DNA of 40,181 nt, from NCBI GenBank assembly GCA_044220955.1, contig JBGAQA010000060.1, positions 1 to 40,181 of the forward strand, given 5' to 3'. Source of the stretch: Sandaracinaceae bacterium. Lineage in GTDB: Bacteria; Myxococcota_A; Polyangia; Polyangiales; Sandaracinaceae. The notes below the pieces were generated by a model. That model did no database searches. It worked only from the letters and a program-made list of their open reading frames with translations, and had not been told where the DNA came from. Positions 1 to 8,060 of the stretch are shown one piece after another (position 1 is the first letter of the stretch; every line of letters starts with the position of its first letter). The position numbers and the translations under genes were made by a program.

Positions 1-1
1 C

Positions 2-378
2 ACGGTCTCGGTGGCCGCACCGAGCGACGATGCCTACCTCGATGCCGGCAGCGTCTCGGCCACGATCACCACCGCCACCGGCGGCAACTTCGAGTCGCTG
101 GTGGTCGACCCGGCCGCGGCGGTGACCACGGTCACCGACACGATCGACGGGACCACCGTCAGCCTCACCGCCACACCGAGCGTGGCCGAGGGCGGCAGCA
201 TCGTCTACACGGCGACGCTGTCGAACGCGGCGGATGCGCCGGTGACGGTCACGCTGTCCAGTGGACAGACGATTGCCATCGCCGCCGGTGCCACCACCGG
301 CTCGGTCGCGATCGCGGCACCTGCGGAAGATCCGTATCTCGACGCCGGCAGCGTGTCGCGCACGATCGCCTCGGCCTC
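2..378 (+). CDS. Fragment of a LapA-like (T1SS giant adhesin) Ig-like tandem-repeat protein; open at the window edge, ends at an apparent junction
   Basis: Reads ...DDAYLDAGSVSATITTATGGNFESLVV...VSLTATPSVAEGGSIVYTATLSNAADAPVTVTLS.GQTI.IAAGATTGSV...EDPYLDAGSVS. The DAYLDAGSVS motif recurs at exactly 300 nt (29 and 329). After ~378 the frame becomes the antisense shadow of the kinase. Confidence 0.7.
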
Positions 379-1356
379 CCGTGACGCGAGGAACCGGCGC
401 AGATCCTCGAGGAACGCGTCCGCGCCCGCGACACGATCGGCAGGCGCGGGGGCCATCGCGCGACGCACCAGCAGGGCGAGATCTGCGGGCGTCTCGTCGG
501 GAACCGGGGGGACCTCGCCGAGCAGCGCGGAGACGAGGGCGGCCAGGGGCGTGGGAGCGGCGTGCGGGGGGTGGCCCACGAGGACCTCGTAGAGCGTCGC
601 GCCGAGCAGGTAGACGTCCGTCCGGGCCTCGACGAGGGCCGGGACTCCGCGCGCCATCTCGGGCGCCATGTAGGCGGGCGTCCCCACGATCGAGCGGGGC
701 TCGGCGTCCCGCTCGGCGAGCCGCAGGGCGACGCCCCAGTCGAGGAGGTAGACCTCGCCGAAGCGCCCGATCATGACGTTGTCGGGCTTGAGGTCGCGAT
801 GCACGACGCCGCGGTCGTGCGCGAACGCGAGCGCACGGCACACCTGAGAGAGCACCTCGACGCTCGCGCGGAGGCGGTCGTCGTGGCCGACGAGCAAGGA
901 GCGCCAGCCTTCGTGCGCGGGATCGGCGAGGAGCGCGCGCCACGACACGCCCTCGATCCGCTTCATGACCAGCACCGGCGCGCCGCTCGGGTCGATCCCG
1001 AGCGCGTGGACGGGCACGAGATTCGGGTGCTCGAGCGAGCCCATGATGCGCGCCTCGCGAACGAGCGCCGCCACCACCGCGGCGTCGAGCGAGAGGCTCG
1101 TCTTCAAGGCGACGCTGCGCGAGAGCGAGTGCTGGTCGGCGAGCCTCACGACGCCCATACCCCCGCGACCCAGCTCGCCGCGCGTGGCGAGATCGGCACC
1201 GGCACCGTCGACGAGCAGCGCGGGCAGCGGTGGCTCGGCGCCGCCCACCGACGGACGTCGCGCGATGGTGGCCGAGGCGGGTCCGAGCGCCGTCTCGGCC
1301 AGGCCGAGCTGCGCGAGCGTGGCCGACATGTCCCGTTCCGCGTCGGCGCCGTTCAT
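205..1356 (-). CDS. Hanks-type Ser/Thr protein kinase; the native C-terminus is probably lost near 350-380
   Basis: Motifs LGRGGMGVV, VALK, HRDLKPDN, DWG, GTPAYMAPE and DVYLLG. The last ~50 codons are antisense to the adhesin repeat. Confidence 0.85.
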   Translation of the reverse strand: MNGADAERDMSATLAQLGLAETALGPASATIARRPSVGGAEPPLPALLVDGAGADLATRGELGRGGMGVVRLADQHSLSRSVALKTSLSLDAAVVAALVREARIMGSLEHPNLVPVHALGIDPSGAPVLVMKRIEGVSWRALLADPAHEGWRSLLVGHDDRLRASVEVLSQVCRALAFAHDRGVVHRDLKPDNVMIGRFGEVYLLDWGVALRLAERDAEPRSIVGTPAYMAPEMARGVPALVEARTDVYLLGATLYEVLVGHPPHAAPTPLAALVSALLGEVPPVPDETPADLALLVRRAMAPAPADRVAGADAFLEDLRRFLASREAEAIVRDTLPASRYGSSAGAAIATEPVVAPAAMAIVCPLDSVTVTGASAAFDSVAV

Positions 1357-1362
1357 ACCCGG

Positions 1363-1368
1363 AGACTA
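1363..1368 (-). promoter_or_regulatory. Putative -10 box (TAGTCT) for a leaderless kinase transcript
   Basis: TANNNT hexamer 6 nt upstream of the ATG at 1356, with no Shine-Dalgarno sequence. Confidence 0.5.
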
Positions 1369-1485
1369 CAAGAGGGCGCGGAGCCCGTGACCGATCCGCT
1401 CGCTCGCTTGCTCGCGCGACGCGCCCCCGCTCGCCGGCGTCGGAGCGCGCGGCGGGCCTCGCCGCGCGAGCGGCCGGGCGCCCGA

Positions 1486-1508
1486 GGCGGGCGGTCCCCG
1501 CCTTTTTT
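1486..1508 (+). terminator. Intrinsic-terminator-like hairpin
   Basis: GGCGGG-cggtc-CCCGCC followed by TTTTTT. Confidence 0.5.
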
Positions 1509-1536
1509 GACCGCAAACCCGCTCGATTCGTACCGT
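1507..1536 (+). promoter_or_regulatory. Sigma70-type promoter of cpoB (leaderless)
   Basis: TTGACC-18 nt-TACCGT, then 6 nt to the ATG at 1543. Confidence 0.6.
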
Positions 1537-1542
1537 ATCGAC

Positions 1543-2469
1543 ATGCGACGGGCGTGTCTCTGCTCCGTGGTGCTGGCGCTCTCGGGCTTCGCGGCCGGGT
1601 GCGGCGTCGCGCGCAGCGACCCGCCGCCCGTCGTCCACGTCGACACGTCGGGCGACGAGGCGATCGCGTCCGGCGAGGCGGGTGACGCTCGGATCCGCGA
1701 GCTCGAGGCTCGCGTCGCGATGCAGGCCGCGGAGGTCCGCTCCCTCCGGTCCGACCTGGAGCAGGCCCGCGCCCGTGGCGAGAGCGTGCGGGTGGGCGCC
1801 CCGAGCGTCGCCGCGCACGACGAGGAGCCCGCGCCGGACTTCACGACGCTCGCGAGCGACGACGAGCCGGAGACGTCGGGCGGCTCGCGCCCCGTCCTGC
1901 GCCTGTACGGAGCGCCCGCGTCCGAAGTCTCGGTGCTCCCCGGTCCGGTCGCACCGTCCGTCGTCGCCGCGCCGCCCCCCGGGGCGCTCGGACGCTTGCC
2001 CGTGGTGCTCACGCCCGGGGCGCCGGACTCGGTGCCGGCGATCCCGACGACGCCCGTCCTCGTCGCATCGGAGGTCAGCGCTCCCGTGGCCTCGCCGGCC
2101 GACGAGGCGATCGCCGTCGAGTACCGCGCCGCGCTCGCGTACGTCACCGCGCGGCAGTGGGACCTCGCGCTCGACGCGCTCGGCCGCTTCGTGCTGGCCC
2201 ACCCCGATCACGCGTACGCCGACAACGCGATGTACTGGCGCGGCGAGGTGCTCTACGCACAGCGCGACTACGCCGCCGCGATCACCGAGCTGACGGCGAT
2301 GATCGAGCGGTTTCCCGCCGGCAACAAGGTTCCGGATGCGCTCTTGCGCATCGGTTTCGCTTACCAACGGCTCGGCGAGAGCGAGCGAGCGCGGCAGATC
2401 TTCCGCCGCGTCCGCGAGCAGTATCCGGGGACCGTCGCGGCGCGTACGGCGCCTCTGGAGGATGCGTGA
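1543..2469 (+). CDS. cpoB: Tol-Pal associated TPR protein CpoB/YbgF, predicted lipoprotein
   Basis: Lipoprotein signal (MRRACLCSVVLALSGFAAG-C), short coiled coil, Pro-rich linker, and a C-terminal TPR typical of YbgF (HPDHAYADNAMYWRGE...FPAGNKVPDALLRIG...YPGT). Confidence 0.8.
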   Translation: MRRACLCSVVLALSGFAAGCGVARSDPPPVVHVDTSGDEAIASGEAGDARIRELEARVAMQAAEVRSLRSDLEQARARGESVRVGAPSVAAHDEEPAPDFTTLASDDEPETSGGSRPVLRLYGAPASEVSVLPGPVAPSVVAAPPPGALGRLPVVLTPGAPDSVPAIPTTPVLVASEVSAPVASPADEAIAVEYRAALAYVTARQWDLALDALGRFVLAHPDHAYADNAMYWRGEVLYAQRDYAAAITELTAMIERFPAGNKVPDALLRIGFAYQRLGESERARQIFRRVREQYPGTVAARTAPLEDA

Positions 2470-3632
2470 TGAACGGACCCCTTCGCGCGCGCCTCATGCG
2501 CATGTCGATCGCCCTCGCGTTGCTCGCCCTGCCGACGGTGGCGAGCGCGCAGTACTCCGACTCGTGGATCGACGTGCGCGACAGCAGCGCCGACGACGAG
2601 CGCGTTCCCTCCGGCCCGAGCACGCTCGACGAGGCGCGCGCGAGCGGGGGCGGCATGACCATCACCGGCGCCCGCCACGAGGTGCCGGCGACGCACACCG
2701 TGATCTCGGGCGACACCCTCTGGGACATCAGCGAGCACTACTACGGCAACCCGTACGAGTGGCCGCGCGTGTGGTCGTACAACCCGGAGATCACCAACCC
2801 GCACTGGATCTACCCGCTGGATCAGGTCCGGCTCGTCCCGGCGGAAGGAGCGCCGGTGTCGGCGTCCGCCCCGCACCCTCGCGTGGTCCACACCGAGCGG
2901 CACGACGACGACACGATCTGGCTGCGCGAGCAGGGCTGGCTGGATCCCGAGGCGCTCGACGAGGCGGGCGAGGTCGTCGGCTCGCCGACGGACCACATGC
3001 TGCTCTCCCCGTTCGACGAGGTCTACGTCCGCTTCGATCACGTCGAGGGGACGCCCCAGGGTGAGTACACCATCTTCCGCGAGATCGAGGCGGGCGCGCG
3101 CGAGAGCGGAGAGCAGGGCACGCTGGTCCGGATCCTCGGTACCGTCCGCGTCGACACCTGGGACGCCGAGCGTCACACGGCGCGCGCGACCTTGATCGAG
3201 GCGCTCGAGCCGATCGAGCGCGGTTTCCGCGTCGCCGCGATCCCGAGGCGCTTCGACGTCGTCGCGCCGGTCCGTGCCGATCGCGACGCGGACACCGAGG
3301 TGGTGGCCATGCTGAGCCCGCACGTCCTGTTGGGCAGCGACCAGATCGTGTTCGTCCCGCTCGGCGAGAGCGATGGCCTGCAGCTGGGCAACCGCCTCTA
3401 CATCGTGCGCCGCGGCGACGAGTGGCAGCGTGGGCTCGGGACGATCGGCACGAGCGCCTCGGCGGTCGGGGCCTCCGTCGACTCCTCGGGCGACGCGCAC
3501 GACTACCCCGACGAGGTCATCGGCGAGGGCCGCGTCGTCTCGCTCCGCCCCCACAGCGCCGGTCTGTTCATCACGCGCGCGACCCGGACGGTCGAGGTCG
3601 GCGACCGCGCCGAGCTCCGTCAGGGGTATTGA
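2469..3632 (+). CDS. Secreted LysM peptidoglycan-binding protein, TsaP-like
   Basis: Signal peptide ending ASA-Q; LysM motif HTVISGDTLWDIS..YYGNPYEWP.VW..NP.I.NPHWIYP; beta-rich C-terminus. TGATG overlap with cpoB and a GGAGG RBS. Confidence 0.75.
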   Translation: MNGPLRARLMRMSIALALLALPTVASAQYSDSWIDVRDSSADDERVPSGPSTLDEARASGGGMTITGARHEVPATHTVISGDTLWDISEHYYGNPYEWPRVWSYNPEITNPHWIYPLDQVRLVPAEGAPVSASAPHPRVVHTERHDDDTIWLREQGWLDPEALDEAGEVVGSPTDHMLLSPFDEVYVRFDHVEGTPQGEYTIFREIEAGARESGEQGTLVRILGTVRVDTWDAERHTARATLIEALEPIERGFRVAAIPRRFDVVAPVRADRDADTEVVAMLSPHVLLGSDQIVFVPLGESDGLQLGNRLYIVRRGDEWQRGLGTIGTSASAVGASVDSSGDAHDYPDEVIGEGRVVSLRPHSAGLFITRATRTVEVGDRAELRQGY

Positions 3633-3692
3633 TCCCCCGGGCATCCGCCGCGGTTGAAACGGCCGCACCCGCCGTGAGACGCTAACCTCTCG

Positions 3693-5558
3693 GTGCGAGA
3701 GACCCGGCAGCGCGACGGCGGTTGGTCGACGCAGTCCCAGGAGATCGCGGGGCTGCGGGAGCAGCTCGACCTCGAGCACAGCAAGCTGCTGGCGCTGCAG
3801 GACATCGGCGCCGCGTCCGGGACCATCCTCGACGGCGACGAGCTGCTGATGGTCATCGCGAGCCGCATCACGCGGGTGATGGAGGCGGACCGGACGACCA
3901 TCTACCTGCTCGACGGGGAGAAGAGCCTCGTCTCGCGCGTCGCGGAGGGCGCCGAGCGCCACGAGATCCGGATCAACGTCGGCGAGGGCCTCGCCGGCTG
4001 GTGCGCGCAGACCGGGCAGGTCGTGAACATCGAGGACGTCTACCGGGACGCCCGCTTCGATCCCGCCTGGGACCAGAAGACCGGCTACCGCTCGCGCTCG
4101 ATGCTCTGCGCGCCGATGCGGAACCGGACCGGTGGGCGCATGGGCGTCGTGCAGTGCCTCAACAAGCGCAACGGGGTCTTCCACGTGGAGGACGAGGCGA
4201 TGCTGTCCGCGCTCGCCTCCCAGGCGGCCGTCGCGATCGAGAACGGCAAGTTCTTCGTGCAGACCGTGCAGAAGAACATGGAGCTGCTCGAGACCAAGCG
4301 CGAGCTCGAGCGCAAGGTCGCCGAGCTCGACGTGCTCATGGAGATCGCCGGCATCGCCGCGAGCGCCGACCGCCTCGACGACCTCCTCGAGGGCGTGCTG
4401 AAGCGCGCGGTCGCCGCCGTCGGCGTCGAGGCGGGGTCGATCCTGCTCTCCGAGGGCGCGAGCGGGGACCTGCGGTTCCGCTGCGCCATCGGAGGTGCGC
4501 CCGAGAAGGTCAAGGGCCTGCGCATCCCCGCGGGCACAGGGATCTGCGGCTGGGTCGCCCAGAACGGCGAGCCGCGCTTCGAGAACGACGTCGCGCGCCG
4601 CGAGGGGGGCGCCCAGCCCCACGGGCGGCACCTCGCCGACGTCGCCGATCGCGTCGGGTACCACCCGCGCTCCGTCCTCGCCGTCCCCCTCGCCTGGGAG
4701 GACGGCGTGGGCGCTCTGGAGCTCCTGAACAAGCAGAAGGGCACCGCGCCCTTCGGCGACGACGACGTGCGCTTCGCCACCCTCATCGCGAGCCACATCT
4801 CGAGCGCGATCTCGATCGCCACCGCGCGCGCGCGGCGCGACAAGCAGGAGCGTCTCTCGACGATCGGACAGCTGCTCTCGGGCGTCATCCACGATCTCAA
4901 GACGCCGATGGCCGTGATCGCCGGCTACACGCGCGAGCTCGTGCTCGAGAACGACGCGAGCGTTCGAGAGAAGTACGCCGAGGCGGTCCGGCGCCAGGTC
5001 GAGCTGATCAACGCGATGACGCGCGAGACGATCGCGTTCGCGCGCGGCGACCGCAGCGTCTGGGTGCGCAAGGTCTACCTCAAGCAGTTCTTCGAGGAGC
5101 TCAAGGAGCAGCTCGAGCGCGAGCTCGAGACCAAGGGCATCTCGATCGACCTCGTGCTCGAGGACAAGGGCGTCGCGCGCCTGGATCAGCACAAGATCCA
5201 GCGCGCGGTGCACAACCTCGCGCGCAACGCGGCCGAGGCGATCGGCCCCCCGCACGCGCGCAAGCGGGGAGGGACGTTCAAGATCACCGTGTCGCGCCGC
5301 GCCGACCGCGCGCTGGTGCTCAGCTTCGAGGACGACGGCCCGGGCATCCCCGAGGAGATCCGCCACCGCCTGTTCGAGAGCTTCGCCACGCACGGCAAGG
5401 AGGGAGGCACCGGCCTCGGCCTCGCCGTCGTGCAGAAGGTCGCCGAGGACCACGGCGGCACCATGGAGGTCGAGAGCCGGCCCGGCCACACCGTGTTCCG
5501 CATGATCCTCCCGCAGAAGGACACGGCGAGCAGCATCGACCTCGAGGCGCAGGGGTGA
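3693..5558 (+). CDS. Cytoplasmic GAF-GAF sensor histidine kinase
   Basis: Two GAF domains (first has GLAGW...DQKTGYRSRSMLCAPM...LNK). H-box IHDLKTPM, N-box HNLARNA, G1 DDGPGI, G2 GTGLGL. No TM helix and no adjacent response regulator. Confidence 0.9.
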   Translation: MRETRQRDGGWSTQSQEIAGLREQLDLEHSKLLALQDIGAASGTILDGDELLMVIASRITRVMEADRTTIYLLDGEKSLVSRVAEGAERHEIRINVGEGLAGWCAQTGQVVNIEDVYRDARFDPAWDQKTGYRSRSMLCAPMRNRTGGRMGVVQCLNKRNGVFHVEDEAMLSALASQAAVAIENGKFFVQTVQKNMELLETKRELERKVAELDVLMEIAGIAASADRLDDLLEGVLKRAVAAVGVEAGSILLSEGASGDLRFRCAIGGAPEKVKGLRIPAGTGICGWVAQNGEPRFENDVARREGGAQPHGRHLADVADRVGYHPRSVLAVPLAWEDGVGALELLNKQKGTAPFGDDDVRFATLIASHISSAISIATARARRDKQERLSTIGQLLSGVIHDLKTPMAVIAGYTRELVLENDASVREKYAEAVRRQVELINAMTRETIAFARGDRSVWVRKVYLKQFFEELKEQLERELETKGISIDLVLEDKGVARLDQHKIQRAVHNLARNAAEAIGPPHARKRGGTFKITVSRRADRALVLSFEDDGPGIPEEIRHRLFESFATHGKEGGTGLGLAVVQKVAEDHGGTMEVESRPGHTVFRMILPQKDTASSIDLEAQG

Positions 5559-5565
5559 GGCGAAG

Positions 5566-5964
5566 ATGAGCGCGACGATCGTCAATCCTCCCACGCTCGC
5601 CGCCCCGCGCGGCTACTCGAACGGCCTCGCGTACCCCGCGGGCCGCATCCTCTTCGTCGCGGGACAGGTCGGCTGGCGCACGGACGGGACGTTCGAGGAC
5701 GGGATGGTGGCGCAGTTCGATCGCGCCCTGGCCAACGTGCTCGAGGTGGTGCGCGCGGCCGGTGGGCTCGCCGAGCACGTCGGCCGCCTCACGATCTTCG
5801 TGAGCGACAAGAGCGCGTACCTGGCCGCGACCAAGGCCATCGGCGTCGCGTACCGGACCCACATGGGCAAGCACTACCCCGCGATGTCCCTCGTCCAGGT
5901 CGCCGCGCTGCTGGAGGAGGGGGCGCTGGTGGAGATCGAGGCGACCGCGGTCCTCCCCCCGTGA
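5566..5964 (+). CDS. Rid (YjgF/YER057c/UK114) family protein
   Basis: Motifs GYSNG, LFVAGQVG and LVEIEATAV. YPAMSLV sits where RidA has PARS. Confidence 0.9.
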   Translation: MSATIVNPPTLAAPRGYSNGLAYPAGRILFVAGQVGWRTDGTFEDGMVAQFDRALANVLEVVRAAGGLAEHVGRLTIFVSDKSAYLAATKAIGVAYRTHMGKHYPAMSLVQVAALLEEGALVEIEATAVLPP

Positions 5965-6046
5965 GGGCGGAGGCGTGGCGCGCCTACATGCACCTCCATT
6001 TCTGGCGCCGTCCGTGCGTGAATCGCGGCTCGCCCTGGAGCGTGCG

Positions 6047-6055
6047 TGGTACCGT
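6047..6055 (+). promoter_or_regulatory. Putative extended -10 promoter of the NIDO locus
   Basis: TGgTACCGT about 35 nt upstream of the ATG at 6090; GGAGG RBS at 6080-6084. Confidence 0.4.
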
Positions 6056-6089
6056 GGATCGCTTGTCGCGCGGTCGATCGGAGGTCGGG

Positions 6090-8030
6090 ATGCTTGGTCG
6101 CGGGTCTTGGTTGGGCTTCATCGCTCTCGCGGGCGCCACGATCGTGACGTCCCCCGCCGCGGCCCAGCGATGCATCGCTGCGAGCGACATGGCCGACGAC
6201 GCGGCGAACGACCGCTACTGCGGCGTCCCGCTCATCACGACGATGCTCGACGGCTCCACGCCGCTCGGCGGCACGGCCGGGTTCGGGAGCAACTCGTCGT
6301 GCCTCGGGCAGAACGACGACGGAAGCGGGCCGATGATCAACATCGACCCTTATTTCCCGATGGGTCTGCACTTCTTCTCGGCGACCCACCACAGCATCTA
6401 CGTCAACACCAACGGCAACATCACGATGTCCGGCCCGGTGTCGCAGTACACGCCCGCGCCCTTTCCGGTCTCGACCAACCCGATGATCGCGCCGTTCTGG
6501 GCCGACGTGGACATCCGCAACGCGGACGGTTCGTGCACCGAAGCGATGGGGACCACCTGCACGAACTGCAGTCCCTGCCAGCCCTTCGCGGCCAACGGCG
6601 TGTGGTGGGCGTTCGAGCCCGGCCGCGCCGTCTTCACCTGGGACGAGGTCGGCTACTACACCTGCCACGACGACCGCCGCATGAGCTTCCAGCTCGTCCT
6701 CACGGCTGCGCCGACGACGGCCTGCGGGGGCGCCGGCGATTTCGACGTGGAGTTCCGCTACAACCGCTGCGAGTGGGAGACGGGTGACGCGAGCGGGGGC
6801 ACCGGCGGCTTCGCCCCGGCGGGCACCAGCACGATGGACATGAGCGCCCGGTGCATCAACCTGCTGGGCATGCGCATCTGCCCGCTGGGCTCGTTCCCGT
6901 GCACGGGATCGCCCAGCATGTGCACGGCGCCCGCGGGCAGCAGCAGCGGCACGCCCGCGCAGGCGGGGTTCGACGCGGGCAACCGCATGAACTTCGTCGA
7001 GATCATGAACTCGCGGATGACCCACGCGATCGGTCGCACGCTCTGCCAGGACTCGAACGTCGGCATGCCCGGCATCTGGCGCTTCCAGATCCGCTCCGGC
7101 GGCGTCATCTGCCCAGACGCCGGCGCGCCGTGCCCGGTCCCCGGCCAGATGGGCGTGTGCGCGATGGGTCGCACCAACTGCGTCGGCAGCGGCACGGAGT
7201 GCGTCCAGCAGGTGTTCCCCGCAGCCGAGACGTGCGACAACATCGACAACGACTGCAACGGCATGGTCGACGACGGCGCGAGCCTCTGCTCCCCGGGCTT
7301 CGTCTGCCGCTCCGGCTCGTGCGTCGCCAACTGCTTCGAGAGCTCGTGCGGCGCGCCGCTCGTGTGCGCGCCCTCCGGCGTGTGCGTGGAGGCGGGCTGC
7401 GAGACGATGAGCTGCCCGGCCGGCCAGCGCTGCACGGCGGGCGGCGCGTGCGTCGGCGCCTGTGACGGTGTGGTCTGCCCCGACGGCGCGTCGTGCGTCG
7501 AGGGTCGCTGCGTCGACGCGTGCACCGGACTGACGTGCGACGACTGCACCGTGTGCGACGCGGGCGCCTGCGTCCTGCGCTGCACGATGGGCGGCACGTG
7601 CGGGACGGGCCAGGAGTGCCAGGCGTCGACGGGCGCGTGCGTGGAGGCGGGCTGCGGCACGACGAGCTGTCCCGCGGGCCAGCACTGCGCGAGCGGCGGG
7701 ACCTGCGTCGACTCGTGCGCCGGCGTGACGTGTCCGATCGGCCAGATGTGCACCGCGGGCGCCTGCGTCGCCGTGCCCGTGCCCGACGCGGGCATGGTCA
7801 TGGGCCGCGACGCCGCGATCATCCTGCCGGACTCGGGCATGCCTCCCGTGGACGCCGGTACGTCGGGCGGCATGGACGCGAGCAGCGTCGGAGACGACGC
7901 CGGCCGCGCTCCGGCGCGCCGCAGCAGCGGCTGCGGCTGCGACGTCGGCCGCGCGAGCGAGCGCCCGCTCGGGCTCGCCTTGTTCATCGGGCTGGCGGCG
8001 CTCGTTCGCCGCCGTCGTGGTCGTTCCTGA
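6090..8030 (+). CDS. Nidogen-like (NIDO) domain, Cys-rich repeat, MYXO-CTERM surface protein (paralogue 1)
   Basis: Sec signal ending AAA-Q. NIDO motifs NDDG, YVNTNGNIT, MIAPFWADVD, TW..VGYY, SFQLVL, FDVEFRY and AGFDAG. ETCDNIDNDCNG motif, many Cys-rich repeats, DAG linker, and a C-terminal SGCGC-TM-RRRR. Confidence 0.85.
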   Translation: MLGRGSWLGFIALAGATIVTSPAAAQRCIAASDMADDAANDRYCGVPLITTMLDGSTPLGGTAGFGSNSSCLGQNDDGSGPMINIDPYFPMGLHFFSATHHSIYVNTNGNITMSGPVSQYTPAPFPVSTNPMIAPFWADVDIRNADGSCTEAMGTTCTNCSPCQPFAANGVWWAFEPGRAVFTWDEVGYYTCHDDRRMSFQLVLTAAPTTACGGAGDFDVEFRYNRCEWETGDASGGTGGFAPAGTSTMDMSARCINLLGMRICPLGSFPCTGSPSMCTAPAGSSSGTPAQAGFDAGNRMNFVEIMNSRMTHAIGRTLCQDSNVGMPGIWRFQIRSGGVICPDAGAPCPVPGQMGVCAMGRTNCVGSGTECVQQVFPAAETCDNIDNDCNGMVDDGASLCSPGFVCRSGSCVANCFESSCGAPLVCAPSGVCVEAGCETMSCPAGQRCTAGGACVGACDGVVCPDGASCVEGRCVDACTGLTCDDCTVCDAGACVLRCTMGGTCGTGQECQASTGACVEAGCGTTSCPAGQHCASGGTCVDSCAGVTCPIGQMCTAGACVAVPVPDAGMVMGRDAAIILPDSGMPPVDAGTSGGMDASSVGDDAGRAPARRSSGCGCDVGRASERPLGLALFIGLAALVRRRRGRS

Positions 8031-8060
8031 ACGCTTCTCCCAGTCCAACGTGAGGTCGTG

